DNA of 64,000 nt from Nitrospirales bacterium (GCA_963555755.3 OY820905.2:2048001-2112000); one strand, 5' to 3'; positions 9,408-20,343 are shown, numbered from the stretch's first letter. Numbers and translations: made by a program. The notes: generated by a model from the letters alone, not told the origin.

Positions 9408-10523
9408 TTAATCGGGTAGTGTGTTTCCTTCCTCGGTAAACAGATGTAACTTTTTCAAATCAAATACACAGTTTAAAATTTCGCTTTTTCTGACCCTGAG
9501 ATCTTTATTAAATCGAGATGTAAAACTCCCCATATCGCCCTCAAGATGAACGATAGTCGAATCGCCTAGGTATTCAACCATTTTCACTTGAGCCGCCATC
9601 TTGGGACTCGGTGCGACGGCATGGCTATAGTGTTCATCAAGATAGATATCTTCTGGTCGAACACCTAAAATCAGTCCGCCAAAATTTTTCGAGCAGTCTA
9701 AATGATAATCCGTACAGATATGACTCAAATCAATTTTATAGGAGCCCAACTGAAAAAACGACCTCCCCTCCTGTAGAATGGCACGTCCATGGATAAAATT
9801 CATGGGTAGAGACCCCACAAATCCTGCAACAAACTGATCAACAGGATTATTATAGACCTCTTCCGGTGTTCCTGTCTGGCAGGCTACGCCTTGGTTTAAG
9901 ATGACCACCCGATCTGCCATGGTCATGGCTTCATGCTGATCATGAGTGACATAGATCGAAATAGCTCCGCATTGTTCATGGAATTTCAAAATTTCTTGGC
10001 GCATCTCAATTCGCAATTGGGCATCTAAATTTGATAGTGGTTCGTCAAATAAAATAACTTTCGGTTTGCGAACAAACGCTCGTCCCAAAGCCACTCGCTG
10101 CCGTTGGCCGCCACTGAGAGCTCCTGGTTTTTTGTCCAGTAAGTCTTGAAGATGCAAAATCTTTGCCGCGTCCGTCACGGTTTTTTCGATTTTCCGAGCT
10201 GGCTCCTTGCGAATCCTCATTCCAAAGGCGAGATTTTCATAGACATTCATATGGGGAAACAGTGCATAATTTTGAAAAACCATGGAGATATTTCGTAAAT
10301 TAGACTCCACGTTGGTGATATCCTGGCCATCAAGATTGATCGCACCATGTGATACGGGAACAAGACCGGCAATCATCCGCAATACGGTCGATTTACCGCA
10401 ACCGGACGGTCCCACTAATACGACAAACTCCCCCGGTTTAAATTTCGCGGAAAGCTGCCGAATCGTTGGGTGTTCATTTCCTGAATAATGTTTTTCTAGA
10501 TTCTTTAGTTCTAGTCCTTCCAT
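9408..10523 (-). CDS. Carbohydrate ABC transporter ATP-binding protein (MalK/UgpC family)
   Basis: GPSGCGKST, VFQNYALFPHM, LSGGQRQRVALGR, DEPLSNLD, C-terminal OB/TOBE. Confidence 0.95.
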   Translation of the reverse strand: MEGLELKNLEKHYSGNEHPTIRQLSAKFKPGEFVVLVGPSGCGKSTVLRMIAGLVPVSHGAINLDGQDITNVESNLRNISMVFQNYALFPHMNVYENLAFGMRIRKEPARKIEKTVTDAAKILHLQDLLDKKPGALSGGQRQRVALGRAFVRKPKVILFDEPLSNLDAQLRIEMRQEILKFHEQCGAISIYVTHDQHEAMTMADRVVILNQGVACQTGTPEEVYNNPVDQFVAGFVGSLPMNFIHGRAILQEGRSFFQLGSYKIDLSHICTDYHLDCSKNFGGLILGVRPEDIYLDEHYSHAVAPSPKMAAQVKMVEYLGDSTIVHLEGDMGSFTSRFNKDLRVRKSEILNCVFDLKKLHLFTEEGNTLPD

Positions 10524-10527
10524 CGTG

Positions 10528-11343
10528 TTAACCTTTTATCCCGCTTGAAGCCAAAGCCTCGACGAAATATTTTTGAAAGAAGCAATAGCTGATAATAATC
10601 GGCAAGACCAACATCATATTCGCGGCCATTTCAATTCCGAATTGACCACCTGATTCGCCGCCCTTGGTGAATAACACCACCATTTGCGGCAACGTCATCA
10701 TGGCTTTTTCGTGCACAACGATCATGGGCCATAACACTTCATTCCACGATCCCATAAAGGTTAATATTCCAATTGTGACAATGGCGGGCTTTGCCAAGGG
10801 CCAAAATATCTTGCGCAATATCTGGAATTCGCTGGCTCCTTCCATGCGGGCCGCTTCCATGAGTTCATAGGGAATTGTCATAAATGTTTGCCGGAAAATA
10901 AGAATACCCAGTCCACTCATCAATGACGGCACGATGAGTCCCAGATAGGAATCCGCCCAACCAAAATAGACGATGAGTTGATACAGCGGGATCAATGTCA
11001 ATTGGCCAGGTATCATCATGCTGATCATCACGATGGCCATGATGGCTCCTTGACCCTTGAACTGTAGTTTGGCCAATGAATAGCCCACGAGAGAGGAAAA
11101 GAAAATAACCGAACAGGTCACCGTTCCTGCAATGAAACAACTATTGATCAATGCCCGACCTATGGGAATCCGATCAAAAACGGCTTGATAATTTGCTAGG
11201 GTAAAATTTTCTGAGAACAAACCTAGATCTTGAAATTCTGAAATAGGCCGTAGAGAGATCGAACCCATCCATAAAAACGGATAGATAAACGAAACTGCAC
11301 CGGCAATTAATATCACGTAGACTAGTAATCTTCTCATGCTCAT
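10528..11343 (-). CDS. Carbohydrate ABC transporter permease (MalG-like)
   Basis: EAARMEGASE motif, SWNE.LWP. Confidence 0.93.
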   Translation of the reverse strand: MSMRRLLVYVILIAGAVSFIYPFLWMGSISLRPISEFQDLGLFSENFTLANYQAVFDRIPIGRALINSCFIAGTVTCSVIFFSSLVGYSLAKLQFKGQGAIMAIVMISMMIPGQLTLIPLYQLIVYFGWADSYLGLIVPSLMSGLGILIFRQTFMTIPYELMEAARMEGASEFQILRKIFWPLAKPAIVTIGILTFMGSWNEVLWPMIVVHEKAMMTLPQMVVLFTKGGESGGQFGIEMAANMMLVLPIIISYCFFQKYFVEALASSGIKG

Positions 11344-12215
11344 TAGTAATAACGTTCTGAATCGAGGTATTGCTTTTGTATAAAAACACACACCATAATA
11401 ATCAAGGCGAGGGCAAATCCCAATGTCGCAGCATAGCCCATATGCTGAAATGAAAACGCCTGCTTATACATATACAGAACGACTGACATCGTACTCCCTT
11501 GAGGCCCACCGCCCGTCATCACATACGGCTCAATAAATAAGTTAAACCCACCTAGTGTCGACATCACCACAACCAATAACATCGTTGGCTTTAACAGTGG
11601 CAGAGTGATGTAGCGGAATTCATGCCACGAAGAAGCCCCTTCCATTTTTGCGGCTTCGTAGACCGGTTGTGGGATCGCTAAAATACCGGCAAGAAAAAAA
11701 ACGATATAGAGACCAAGATTTTTCCATGTGGCCATAATGGCAATCGCTGGCATGGCAATTCCTGGGTCTGTAAGCCACGGCACCGCATCAATCCCTGCCA
11801 GCGATAAGACATAATTAATGAGACCACCTTCTGTTGAATAGAGCCGTTGCCACAGTATGGTCACGGCAGCACCAGAAATCACCACAGGCAGGAAAAATGT
11901 CGCGCGGAAAAACACTCGGCCTTTTAAGGGTTTCGCGAGGGCGACAGCAAGGGCAAGCGCTATTATAATTTGCAGCGGAATGTGTATCGCTAAAAAATAT
12001 AGGGTATTCGTCAAGGCCTGCCAGAATAAATGGTCTGACATAAGATATTTGAAATTTCTTAATCCGACGTATTGAGGGTCCGTAATCAGATCCCAGCGAT
12101 GAACAACTAGATACAGAGAAAACCCGACTGGATAAAGAAAAAAAACCAAAAGATGGATCACATAAGGACTCGTAAATACAAGTCCGGCTTTTGAATTTGA
12201 TTGTTCAAATTGCAT
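11343..12215 (-). CDS. Carbohydrate ABC transporter permease (MalF-like)
   Basis: YEAAKMEGAS motif, MTGGGP, MGYAA. Confidence 0.93.
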   Translation of the reverse strand: MQFEQSNSKAGLVFTSPYVIHLLVFFLYPVGFSLYLVVHRWDLITDPQYVGLRNFKYLMSDHLFWQALTNTLYFLAIHIPLQIIIALALAVALAKPLKGRVFFRATFFLPVVISGAAVTILWQRLYSTEGGLINYVLSLAGIDAVPWLTDPGIAMPAIAIMATWKNLGLYIVFFLAGILAIPQPVYEAAKMEGASSWHEFRYITLPLLKPTMLLVVVMSTLGGFNLFIEPYVMTGGGPQGSTMSVVLYMYKQAFSFQHMGYAATLGFALALIIMVCVFIQKQYLDSERYY

Positions 12216-12220
12216 CGGGT

Positions 12221-13477
12221 TCACCAATTTCGATAAATATGTTCAACATGGTTTGCGGCATTTTCGATGGCTTTTTTTGCCGGGATAGTTCCATATACGG
12301 CGGCCGCCTCATATTGCTGCCCCAAAAAATCAAGGATTTCGACGATATGTTCCGAATTATCACCGGGCTTGGTAAAGGGGACTTGCGAGGCAAATGGAAC
12401 CAGATCCTTCCTTCTGACAAAAACCTCCTTATAATAGCTGTCAGTGATTAATCCTTTGCGAACTGGAATTTGACCGGTTATATCGAGTAATAATTTATCT
12501 GCCTTCTTAGACGTCATGAATTTGACGAACTCCCATGCCGCCTCAGGATGCTGAGTATTTTTAAAAACCACAAAGGATTTGGGATCCCCAAATGTATAGG
12601 CTGGCCCAGTATGGCCATCGGGAACCGGGATGGGAATCGTTTTGAAATTAAATTTTTGTGGCATCGACCGTTCAAACATTTTAAGAGCCCAAGGGCCAAC
12701 GATAGTCATGCCAACTGTTTGTTGGACAAATAGATTCGACACCGTACCGGATTTAGGGAAATACCCGCGGGCAAAACCCCTCTGGAAAAAATCCATCACC
12801 GCGATAGCCGAGACGTTATTAAAATCAGCCCGGCCTTGGTTTAATAGAGAGCGACCATTTGTGGCCGCCATGTAAAATGGCAGAAAATCATATAAACGCT
12901 GCCACCAAAGAACCGTCGTCGACGGACTCATCGCCCATCGATCAATTCGCCCGTCCCCATCGGTGTCAGCCGTCAGCTTCTTCGCGGCCGTCCAAAATTC
13001 ACCATAGGTTCTTGGGGGTTTGATTTTGAGCTTTTGAAAGAGATCGATATTATACACCAGCATGACTGGATTCAATTTCCATGGTAACTGATGGTAATGG
13101 CCGTCTGGCGAGCGGTAGTCTTTCAAGATAGTGGCGCCGATCCGTGTCTCTGTTTCTTTGGCAAAGTTTTTTAAGCCTTCCAATCTTAACAGGCTATCGG
13201 CCTTCACAAATCTATTCAGCATGGCCGGCAGCATATTGGAATAAATATCAGGATTGGTTTTCGCAACAATGGCGGCTAACAAGACCTCTTCGCTACTCGC
13301 ACCAGCTGGGACGGGTTGTAATTTTATAGGGGTTTCAGCATGGGTATGATTCCACTCTTTCACCAGGCGTTTGGCGAGTTCAATTTCCTCGGGGTTGGTG
13401 GCGCACCAATAGATGAGCGGCGCACCGACACTAATTTCAGCATATAATAAAAGGATAGCTAGAAGTATGATCCTCAT
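12221..13477 (-). CDS. Carbohydrate ABC transporter substrate-binding protein
   Basis: Signal peptide; LVYNIDLF, PRTYGEF..AAKKLT, AAWEFVKFMTS (family 1 SBP). Confidence 0.92.
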   Translation of the reverse strand: MRIILLAILLLYAEISVGAPLIYWCATNPEEIELAKRLVKEWNHTHAETPIKLQPVPAGASSEEVLLAAIVAKTNPDIYSNMLPAMLNRFVKADSLLRLEGLKNFAKETETRIGATILKDYRSPDGHYHQLPWKLNPVMLVYNIDLFQKLKIKPPRTYGEFWTAAKKLTADTDGDGRIDRWAMSPSTTVLWWQRLYDFLPFYMAATNGRSLLNQGRADFNNVSAIAVMDFFQRGFARGYFPKSGTVSNLFVQQTVGMTIVGPWALKMFERSMPQKFNFKTIPIPVPDGHTGPAYTFGDPKSFVVFKNTQHPEAAWEFVKFMTSKKADKLLLDITGQIPVRKGLITDSYYKEVFVRRKDLVPFASQVPFTKPGDNSEHIVEILDFLGQQYEAAAVYGTIPAKKAIENAANHVEHIYRNW

Positions 13478-13501
13478 TATGGCTCGATATAAGAGACTCC
13501 C

Positions 13502-13920
13502 ACATTCAAACATGAAGTGCACCCCGTGTTTCCCGAAAGACTATCGTACGGGGTACGATAGTCTAAACACTTCCGCGGTCGATTGTTCAATAAATTTTCG
13601 ATGCGATGGATCTCCCTCTGCCCCAGCGCATGAAAATTGGTTCCCTTGGGGAAGAACCGTCGGATCAACCCATTGACCTGTTCCACACTGCCTTTCTCCC
13701 AACTGTGATCGGGGGCACAAAACAATGACTCGGTGCCCAAGGTCTTATTCATCCCTTCATGCAATGTGTTTTCACTACCAGTATCAGCAGTTCGCGACTG
13801 ATGCTGGAAGGACTGCGCTGTACGCGTTGGGCGATTGCTCTTCGGCTGAGGTTTTCCTTCTGCCACCAATAGATTAAGGTTCGTTCTTTGTGATCACAAC
13901 GCTAGCAGCCCTTTGTCATG
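13502..13920 (-). pseudogene. Internally deleted IS30-family transposase remnant
   Basis: N-terminal HTH (RAIAQRVQRSPSSISREL, early stop) joined to WEKGSVEQVNGLIRRFFPKG...LNNRPRKCLDYRTP. Confidence 0.85.
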
Positions 13921-13940
13921 CGCCACCTCCTGATTACTTA

Positions 13941-14097
13941 GGGTTCGCGCAAGAATAACTTCCCCTGTTTGGGTGCTGAGACGCCTGTCTGGCAAGGCGC
14001 GAGGACTGCGCATACTCCTCGTATGGAAAGGACGAGCAACGCCGCCAGGCGGGATGGATCGACGCTCAAACAGGGGAAGTTATTCTTGCGCGAACCC
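13941..14097. mobile_element. MITE family B
   Basis: Long TIR GGGTTCGCGCAAGAATAACTTCCCCTGTTTG, TTA on both sides; second copy at 28358-28514. Confidence 0.88.
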
Positions 14098-14122
14098 TTA
14101 GGATACGGTGGTGCACTTCGTT

Positions 14123-14707
14123 TTAAAATATGGGACGCTCGTGGGACGGCACGAGGAAGACAGAGAGGACAGGAACGGTGGCAGTGGCGGGAAAGAAATC
14201 AATCGAGACTAGGTCGAGAAGGTGATGATTGAGAAAGGTCCGCCACGATTGTGACGGAGGCTTCCGGTCCCGCCTCATATATTTTGATACCGTAGCCTGT
14301 GAGACTTGGATGTCGAGTGTGAGCCGTTCCCCGTGAATCCGTGGTGCTCCCCACAATGGATTGGCCCGGCACAGATTTCGGATGAGATTCCGTACTGCGG
14401 GATCAATGGCGAGACGTCCGAGTCTCTGGCCGTGGCTTTTCCACGCGCCATACTGTCGGAAGCCCTGCCGGTGCCAAGAGACGACGGTCTCGGGTTGCAC
14501 AATGAGGAGAATTTCGGACCAGTGCCTCCAGATTCGTGACAGCACTATCCAAAACATCCGATCAGAGGGTATGAGTGGTGGCCTTTTGGCCGAACGGTTC
14601 AAGACCGCGAGCGGTTACCGAAGGGTGAGATTCTCAAGGATGAGTGGCTATCGCGTCTTGAAAGTCGAGAGAAGGGTTTTGACCGTCAACTGGAGCAAAG
14701 TAATCAT
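14123..14707 (-). pseudogene. Truncated integrase-core-type transposase
   Basis: IVQPETVVSWHRQGF, NPLWGAPRIHGE, PPSQSWRTFL; in-frame stops, catalytic C-terminus missing. Confidence 0.85.
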
Positions 14708-14754
14708 GGCCAGCAAGGGTGCCTGGGTTGGCTGAAAGATTCCAGGGCCCTCAA

Positions 14755-15798
14755 TTAATTCAATACGGATGAATGAATAGAAGGGACAGGAATAAAAATT
14801 TCGTTACGGTCGCTATACGACCCACCAGGGGTTGGACCGCCACTGATGACGTAGAAGCGCTGATCCAGGACCGCCGACCCAAGCCCATGACGGGCCGTGG
14901 GCATGGGAGGCATAGCTTGCCAGGTATTCAGTCGAGGAGAATACCTTTCATTGGTATTAAAGGTCCCCCCCACCGACTCACCGCCTACGACATAGATCCA
15001 CGCATCGATCACCCCAGCCGTTATGCCGCTTCGGGCGGTTGGCATGCCGGCCCTTGTTTCCCATTGATCGCGCACCGGGTCATACTCTTCCACCGTTGTT
15101 AAATTATCCCGGTAATTCAAGCCAACCCGGCCACCAATGGCATATATACGTCCTCCCACAGATACCGCCGTCAAGTGATCGCGTGGGGTGGGAAGGGGTG
15201 CCACGGATGCCCAGGCATCATCTACTGGATCATAGACCTCGACCACCCTGGGATTACTTTCCCCATCGTATCCCCCAAGGGCATACAATTTGTTTTCGAA
15301 ATTAACGACAGCCAGCCCTCCTCGTGCCGTAGGCATACCAGCGCGCGCTATCCACTCATCACGGCCAGGATCATATGCGAACACATGGTTGACCGGATTC
15401 CAGATTGAAAAGCCGGCAGCGGTAAAACCACCAACAACATATAATTTCCCATTCAGCTCCGCTGCTCCGGCATGATGGAGGCCAAGTGGGAGTGGGGCCT
15501 TGGTCGTCCATTTGTCTTTGGTCGGGTTATACGCTTCAACACTTTTGCTCACAGTTAAGCCCAAAAGATTTGAAAAACTTGGCGCACTGAATCCCCCCAC
15601 CACATAGATGATTCCGTTCACTGCTGCCACAGCTACTTCCGTCCGCTTCGTGGAAGCAGGAGCACCCGTAATCCAATGCCCTTGATCCGGGATCGCCCCC
15701 AGTCCTCCATTGGCCCAGCTCAGCCAGAGAACCATGAGAAGACTGAGAACCACCGATCTTTTTATTCCCCTCACCCCACCTACCAACATTTTACGCAT
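14755..15798 (-). CDS. Secreted Kelch-repeat beta-propeller protein
   Basis: Six repeats of IYVVGG...VE.YDP..D.W...APMPTAR; signal peptide. Confidence 0.93.
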   Translation of the reverse strand: MRKMLVGGVRGIKRSVVLSLLMVLWLSWANGGLGAIPDQGHWITGAPASTKRTEVAVAAVNGIIYVVGGFSAPSFSNLLGLTVSKSVEAYNPTKDKWTTKAPLPLGLHHAGAAELNGKLYVVGGFTAAGFSIWNPVNHVFAYDPGRDEWIARAGMPTARGGLAVVNFENKLYALGGYDGESNPRVVEVYDPVDDAWASVAPLPTPRDHLTAVSVGGRIYAIGGRVGLNYRDNLTTVEEYDPVRDQWETRAGMPTARSGITAGVIDAWIYVVGGESVGGTFNTNERYSPRLNTWQAMPPMPTARHGLGSAVLDQRFYVISGGPTPGGSYSDRNEIFIPVPSIHSSVLN

Positions 15799-15957
15799 CC
15801 CTCAATGATGAAAAACCTCCATTGATCCCTGCCTTTCTGTGGTAAACCTCTAACACCCTATCCCTTCTATACATTCAACCGCATTGAACTACTTGCGTGT
15901 TGTAGATACGGCAAGGCGGGATGCGTATTGTGACCATACGACTTTTCCACCTTAAAC

Positions 15958-16257
15958 TTATTTGCTGGGACGCGCTTTACCGGCCATAGCCTTTAATTCT
16001 GATCCGCATTTAAACGTCACCGTCTTCGAGGCTTTAATCTTAATGACCTCGCCAGTCCCAGGATTGCGGCCTTTTCTCGCGGGACGGGATTTGATGGTAA
16101 AGGTTCCAAACCCAACTAACCGAACTTCCCCGTCTTTCTTAATGCCGGTTTCAATCGCGGATAGTACGGCCTGAAGCGCGCGGGTTGCTGCCGCCTTGGA
16201 TTCTAAACCAGAAGCCTTATTGGATACTAGTTGTTCTACGAGACTTTCTTTTCTCAT
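15958..16257 (-). CDS. HU family DNA-binding protein
   Basis: VRLVGFGTF...RKGRNPGTGE.IKIKASK. Confidence 0.93.
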   Translation of the reverse strand: MRKESLVEQLVSNKASGLESKAAATRALQAVLSAIETGIKKDGEVRLVGFGTFTIKSRPARKGRNPGTGEVIKIKASKTVTFKCGSELKAMAGKARPSK

Positions 16258-16464
16258 AACCCTTTTCCCTCCTTCTAAGGTGAGTCTTTGACAATCGCTG
16301 TACAAGATATAGGTTTTTCCAATGACTTTTCAAGAAATTTTTGAAAAAAACATTTGGATAAAATGTTTTGCACTCTAGTCATCGTAGGGGTTTGATGGCG
16401 CTGTGCATGGCGAATTCCTCATCGCTCCTGCCTGAGGCTCATTTATCCGCTCATGACCGTACTG

Positions 16465-16668
16465 TCACCATGGATGAGTTTTTTGACCATACGGATAGAG
16501 CCAAATCCAAAACAGGCGTGCGCGCATGCCGAATCGGAGACGTTTCGGTGGTATTTGGTTCACCATGGCTACCTGTTGGCGAAGCGCAAAGATTTCAGGG
16601 TGAAGGACGGTACGGCTTCGGGCTAGCCCACCGAGTGTCGCCGTGACGGGGAGGAAGATTGTTGTCAT
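16465..16668 (-). pseudogene. Second integrase-core transposase N-terminal fragment
   Basis: EIFALRQQVAMV...RLFWIWL, resembling the N-terminus of 14123-14707. Confidence 0.6.
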
Positions 16669-16734
16669 GCGTGCGACGCTATAGCGAGAAGTCAACGAAT
16701 TCAACAAGGATGAGGATTTTGGTAGGGACACGTC

Positions 16735-16848
16735 CTAAAGCCAGATGGCATGGCTAATGATCTCGGGTGGGAACCGGTAACCGTGGTAGTTGGGCGTGTT
16801 GTTTTCCATCCACCCAGTCTGCCAACCTTCATTCAACTTGACAACATC
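16735..16848 (-). mobile_element. IS6-family end remnant
   Basis: MENNTPNYHGYRFPPEIISHAIWL plus TTGACAAC terminal motif, similar to the 5' end of the IS6 at 26052-26844. Confidence 0.8.
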
Positions 16849-16902
16849 TACCTTCAGCCTCCAAAGAGAGCCAAACTATCTTAGGAACGGAAGGACGATG
16901 AA

Positions 16903-17157
16903 ATGGATTTCATAACGATTTTGGGTTATGTGGCAGGGGCATGTACCACCTCGGCGTTTTTTCCGCAGGCGATAAAGATTGTCAAAACAAAGCATACCAA
17001 AGATATCTCCTTGAGTATGTATTCCGTTTTAAACACAGGTGTGTTGCTGTGGTGTGTGTATGCCCTGATCAACCATGATTGGCCCTTGGCCCTCGCGAAT
17101 GCCGTGACCTTGTTCTTGGCCGGATGGATCCTCCTACTCAAAATTCGGTATGGGTAA
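16903..17157 (+). CDS. SemiSWEET (PQ-loop/MtN3) transporter
   Basis: TTSAFFPQAIK..KTK.TKDISL, three TM helices, LALAN. Confidence 0.92.
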   Translation: MDFITILGYVAGACTTSAFFPQAIKIVKTKHTKDISLSMYSVLNTGVLLWCVYALINHDWPLALANAVTLFLAGWILLLKIRYG

Positions 17158-17624
17158 CCTGTGGATCTTGCATTCGTAATGATCCCCCACTATTCATGTA
17201 TTTCAATACGGATGAATGAATAGAAGGGAAAGGGGGAAATTCAGCCCATGAGCCAGGTGAGGATACACTGCGGGGGCAAGCAGGGAAGGGCCTCCGTCAA
17301 CTGCTCACCTGTATTCATTCCCTGATTGGCGCGATTGACACCGCGCTGCTCCTTCGATACTTTTCTGGTTTCCCAAAAAGGGCGTGTATTTTTCCTATTC
17401 TCCCAAAAACCCGTTTAATTTTCCTATTCTCAAAGGGAAGATGACCAGAAATTTTTGAGAGACTCTCAAAGCTTGATAAAAATGAATCGCTCTTTCTTTC
17501 AAAGAAGTTTGCTGGAAATCTTGATGAATTCAGTGACGTGACTGAATAGGGATACCCCGTTTTGAAAAAGTTCCTGTTGTGAAATCTGGATTCCAAGATG
17601 TTTTTTTTGATGAAGGAGGACAAG

Positions 17625-18338
17625 ATGCATACAGAAAAAGTTGAATATACCGACAATGGCGTGACCCTCGAAGGCTATCTGGCGTATGACGAAAGTATCC
17701 AGGGAAAGCGGCCGACTGTGTTGATTTCTCATGCCTGGGCCGGGCGAGCGGCGTTTGAATGCCAGAAAGCAGAAGCTTTGGCAGAATTAGGCTATGCGGG
17801 ATTTGCCCTGGATATGTATGGCAAGGGAAAACTCGGCACCACTAAGGAGGAAAATACGGCATTGATGATGCCTTTCCTCGAAGACCGCGCTTTGCTGAGA
17901 AGACGAATCACCGCCGGGTTGAAGAAAGCCCGTGAATTAGAGGTAGTGGATACGGAAAAGATAGGCGCCATGGGTTTTTGTTTTGGAGGATTGTGTGTGC
18001 TCGATTTGGCCCGCAGCGGCGCTGATGTGAAAGGAGTGATCAGCTTTCACGGTTTATTCAATGCTCCTGAAAATTTGCCCAACGAGCCCATTAAAGCGAA
18101 AGTATTGGCCCTGCATGGACAGGATGATCCGATGGTTCCTCCGGAGCAAGTGGCCGCTCTTCAAAAAGAAATGACGAATGCCGAAGTCGACTGGCAGATT
18201 CATGCTTATGGCAATACCATGCATGCATTTACCAATCCGGAAGCAAACGATCCCGGTTTCGGCACCGTTTATAATGCTGATGCTGATAAACGTTCCTGGA
18301 TAGCCATGAAAAACTTTTTCGAGGAAATTTTTGCTTAG
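17625..18338 (+). CDS. Dienelactone hydrolase family protein
   Basis: RBS AAGGAGG; GFCFGG, HGQDDP, HAFTNP. Confidence 0.93.
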   Translation: MHTEKVEYTDNGVTLEGYLAYDESIQGKRPTVLISHAWAGRAAFECQKAEALAELGYAGFALDMYGKGKLGTTKEENTALMMPFLEDRALLRRRITAGLKKARELEVVDTEKIGAMGFCFGGLCVLDLARSGADVKGVISFHGLFNAPENLPNEPIKAKVLALHGQDDPMVPPEQVAALQKEMTNAEVDWQIHAYGNTMHAFTNPEANDPGFGTVYNADADKRSWIAMKNFFEEIFA

Positions 18339-18607
18339 GCCATGTCAGGCGTTGTTGCATAATGGTTGTTACCTCATTGAATTGGTTACATTTTCAGGTG
18401 TGTGACGCTGAAGCCAAATTTCTATGCAGGACTAATGAAAAAGAATTCCAGAACCTACCCTCTGATTGGGTTAACTTCCGCTGAATTGGAATGAATGGAA
18501 CGCGGATACTGAAAAGCAGCAGAAACCTACCATGAGTGGGGAACCTAAAATTTCTCCCCCGTGTTAAGCTTCGAAAGGTGTTGGAAGTCTCACACCGATT
18601 CAGAACC

Positions 18608-19606
18608 ATGAAGGATATTTTCTTCGCTGTATTATTAATTATCCCCTTTTCCATGGATGTCAGCTTCGGAGCCACCTGTCAACAATGGGGCCCTGGCACA
18701 CCCTTTGGTCGCCTGGATACTTCAAAAATTTCCGAGGCTAGTGGCCTATCCGCCTCTCAAAGGTTTCCTAACCGCCTGTACCATATCAATGATTCGGGAG
18801 GGGGAGCCTATTTCTATCTCACAGACTTATATGGGAATAACACTCAGTCCGTTCGCATTGCTGGGTTTCCCAACAGTGATACCGATTTCGAAGATATTGG
18901 AGTAGGGCCCTGCGACACACATTCACATTGCGTATTTATCGGGGATATTGGAGACAATAGTAAATTCGATGAATCACCTACAAGGAAAAACATTGTTATT
19001 CTGATTATTGAGGAAGAGAAAAAATTCTCCAAAGTCGTCGTTCCCAAACACCGTATCACTGTGGTCTATCCCGATGGGCCGCATAATGCCGAGGGTTTAG
19101 CTGTCCATCCTAATGGAGATCTGTTCATTATGACCAAGGAGTTTGATTTACTAGAATGGGAATCTTCCTCCGCAAAATTGTTTAAACTGCATCGTACCCA
19201 GTGGGAAAAGAACCAGAACCAAGTTCAATCCCTAACTTTTGTTGGGGAAATCGATGTCCCCGCTCTGATGGGACCGGATTCTGCCTTATGGGATGGAATG
19301 GTGACGGCCTTCGATATTGCTTCGGATGGCAACTCTTTTTTGCTCCTGACCTACGGTGGCGCTATTGAGTTTTTCATTGATTTGTCCACACCGGATCTGA
19401 GTCTGCCCCAGAAATTTATGGAGGGACGGGATTACAGGCTCCTAGATCTCAAGGTGCTTCCTCAGCAGGAAGGGATTGGATACCTGCCTGGGTCGAGGAG
19501 TTTTATTTATGGGACGGAACTCAGTAGTCGACTCTTTCGTCTCCTTCGAGGTCACAGTGCATTTGACCGGAAAGCAACCCTGATAAGAGTTGACTGTTTA
19601 AAATAG
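18608..19606 (+). CDS. Secreted beta-propeller-like hypothetical protein
   Basis: Signal peptide; SEASGL, INDSG, DFEDI, GDIGDN, YPDGPHNAEGL. Confidence 0.75.
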   Translation: MKDIFFAVLLIIPFSMDVSFGATCQQWGPGTPFGRLDTSKISEASGLSASQRFPNRLYHINDSGGGAYFYLTDLYGNNTQSVRIAGFPNSDTDFEDIGVGPCDTHSHCVFIGDIGDNSKFDESPTRKNIVILIIEEEKKFSKVVVPKHRITVVYPDGPHNAEGLAVHPNGDLFIMTKEFDLLEWESSSAKLFKLHRTQWEKNQNQVQSLTFVGEIDVPALMGPDSALWDGMVTAFDIASDGNSFLLLTYGGAIEFFIDLSTPDLSLPQKFMEGRDYRLLDLKVLPQQEGIGYLPGSRSFIYGTELSSRLFRLLRGHSAFDRKATLIRVDCLK

Positions 19607-19625
19607 GGTATTGTTAATTTGATAG

Positions 19626-19755
19626 GGTATTGTCAACTTAAGCCAAATTTGGCTCCGTCTCCGCGTGGAGCCGGTAACCTGTTCCCTGAAATCAATGGAT
19701 TATAGCCAGGTGAATTGTCTGTTCAGTGTCAAATTTTTGTTAAGTTGACAATACC
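19626..19755. mobile_element. IS6-derived MITE (about 130 bp)
   Basis: TIR GGTATTGTCAACTTAA/TTAAGTTGACAATACC matching the ends of the IS6 at 26052-26844. Confidence 0.85.
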
Positions 19756-19757
19756 CC

Positions 19758-19881
19758 TCAGAGACACTTGATCCAGGTGTCGTCTTCACAATATCCAAGA
19801 TTTCCCGTCTGACCGGGTGAGCCAATGCCTGAAACAGCGCATCAAGTTGCGGTTCTTTCATACGTAACTAAATGGTTACGT
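19758..19881 (-). pseudogene. Truncated duplicate of the ArsR gene 5' end with its operator
   Basis: Near-identical to 22811-22934; palindrome ACGTAAC-N6-GTTACGT. Confidence 0.88.
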
Positions 19882-20343
19882 AATTGATTCTGAAACGTCA
19901 ACCGTATCGTCCTGCGGGTGTAAAGGAAAAGTTTCCTGACACCTTTTCCCTCAATTTATGTTACATAGCAAGGACGAAGCTTTGAATTTTAGTTAACAAA
20001 GGGCTTGACCCCTATTCCTAGCCCCCCTTACTTTTTCTGGAAAGCTTGGACCTCAGAATGGTTGAGACCAAAAAATCCAATGGGTGAGTGACAGCCTTCC
20101 AGAGTGTGTTTCGATAAAAGGGTAGTGCCCTCTTTTTCCCATTTTGATTTTGTAGTTTTTTTAATGGGTAGGGTTGGATACAGTAAGTCTAACACCAATT
20201 GTGTTACGTGAGGGAGGGCAGACGGAATCCACTGATGGCATGTGGAAAAGTGAAACTTTGGAAGGTTCCGGCGACCGGTAGTTATAAAAGGATGCGCATC
20301 TGGATATGTTTTTCACCACTTAAGACTAGCCATTGAGTTCACT

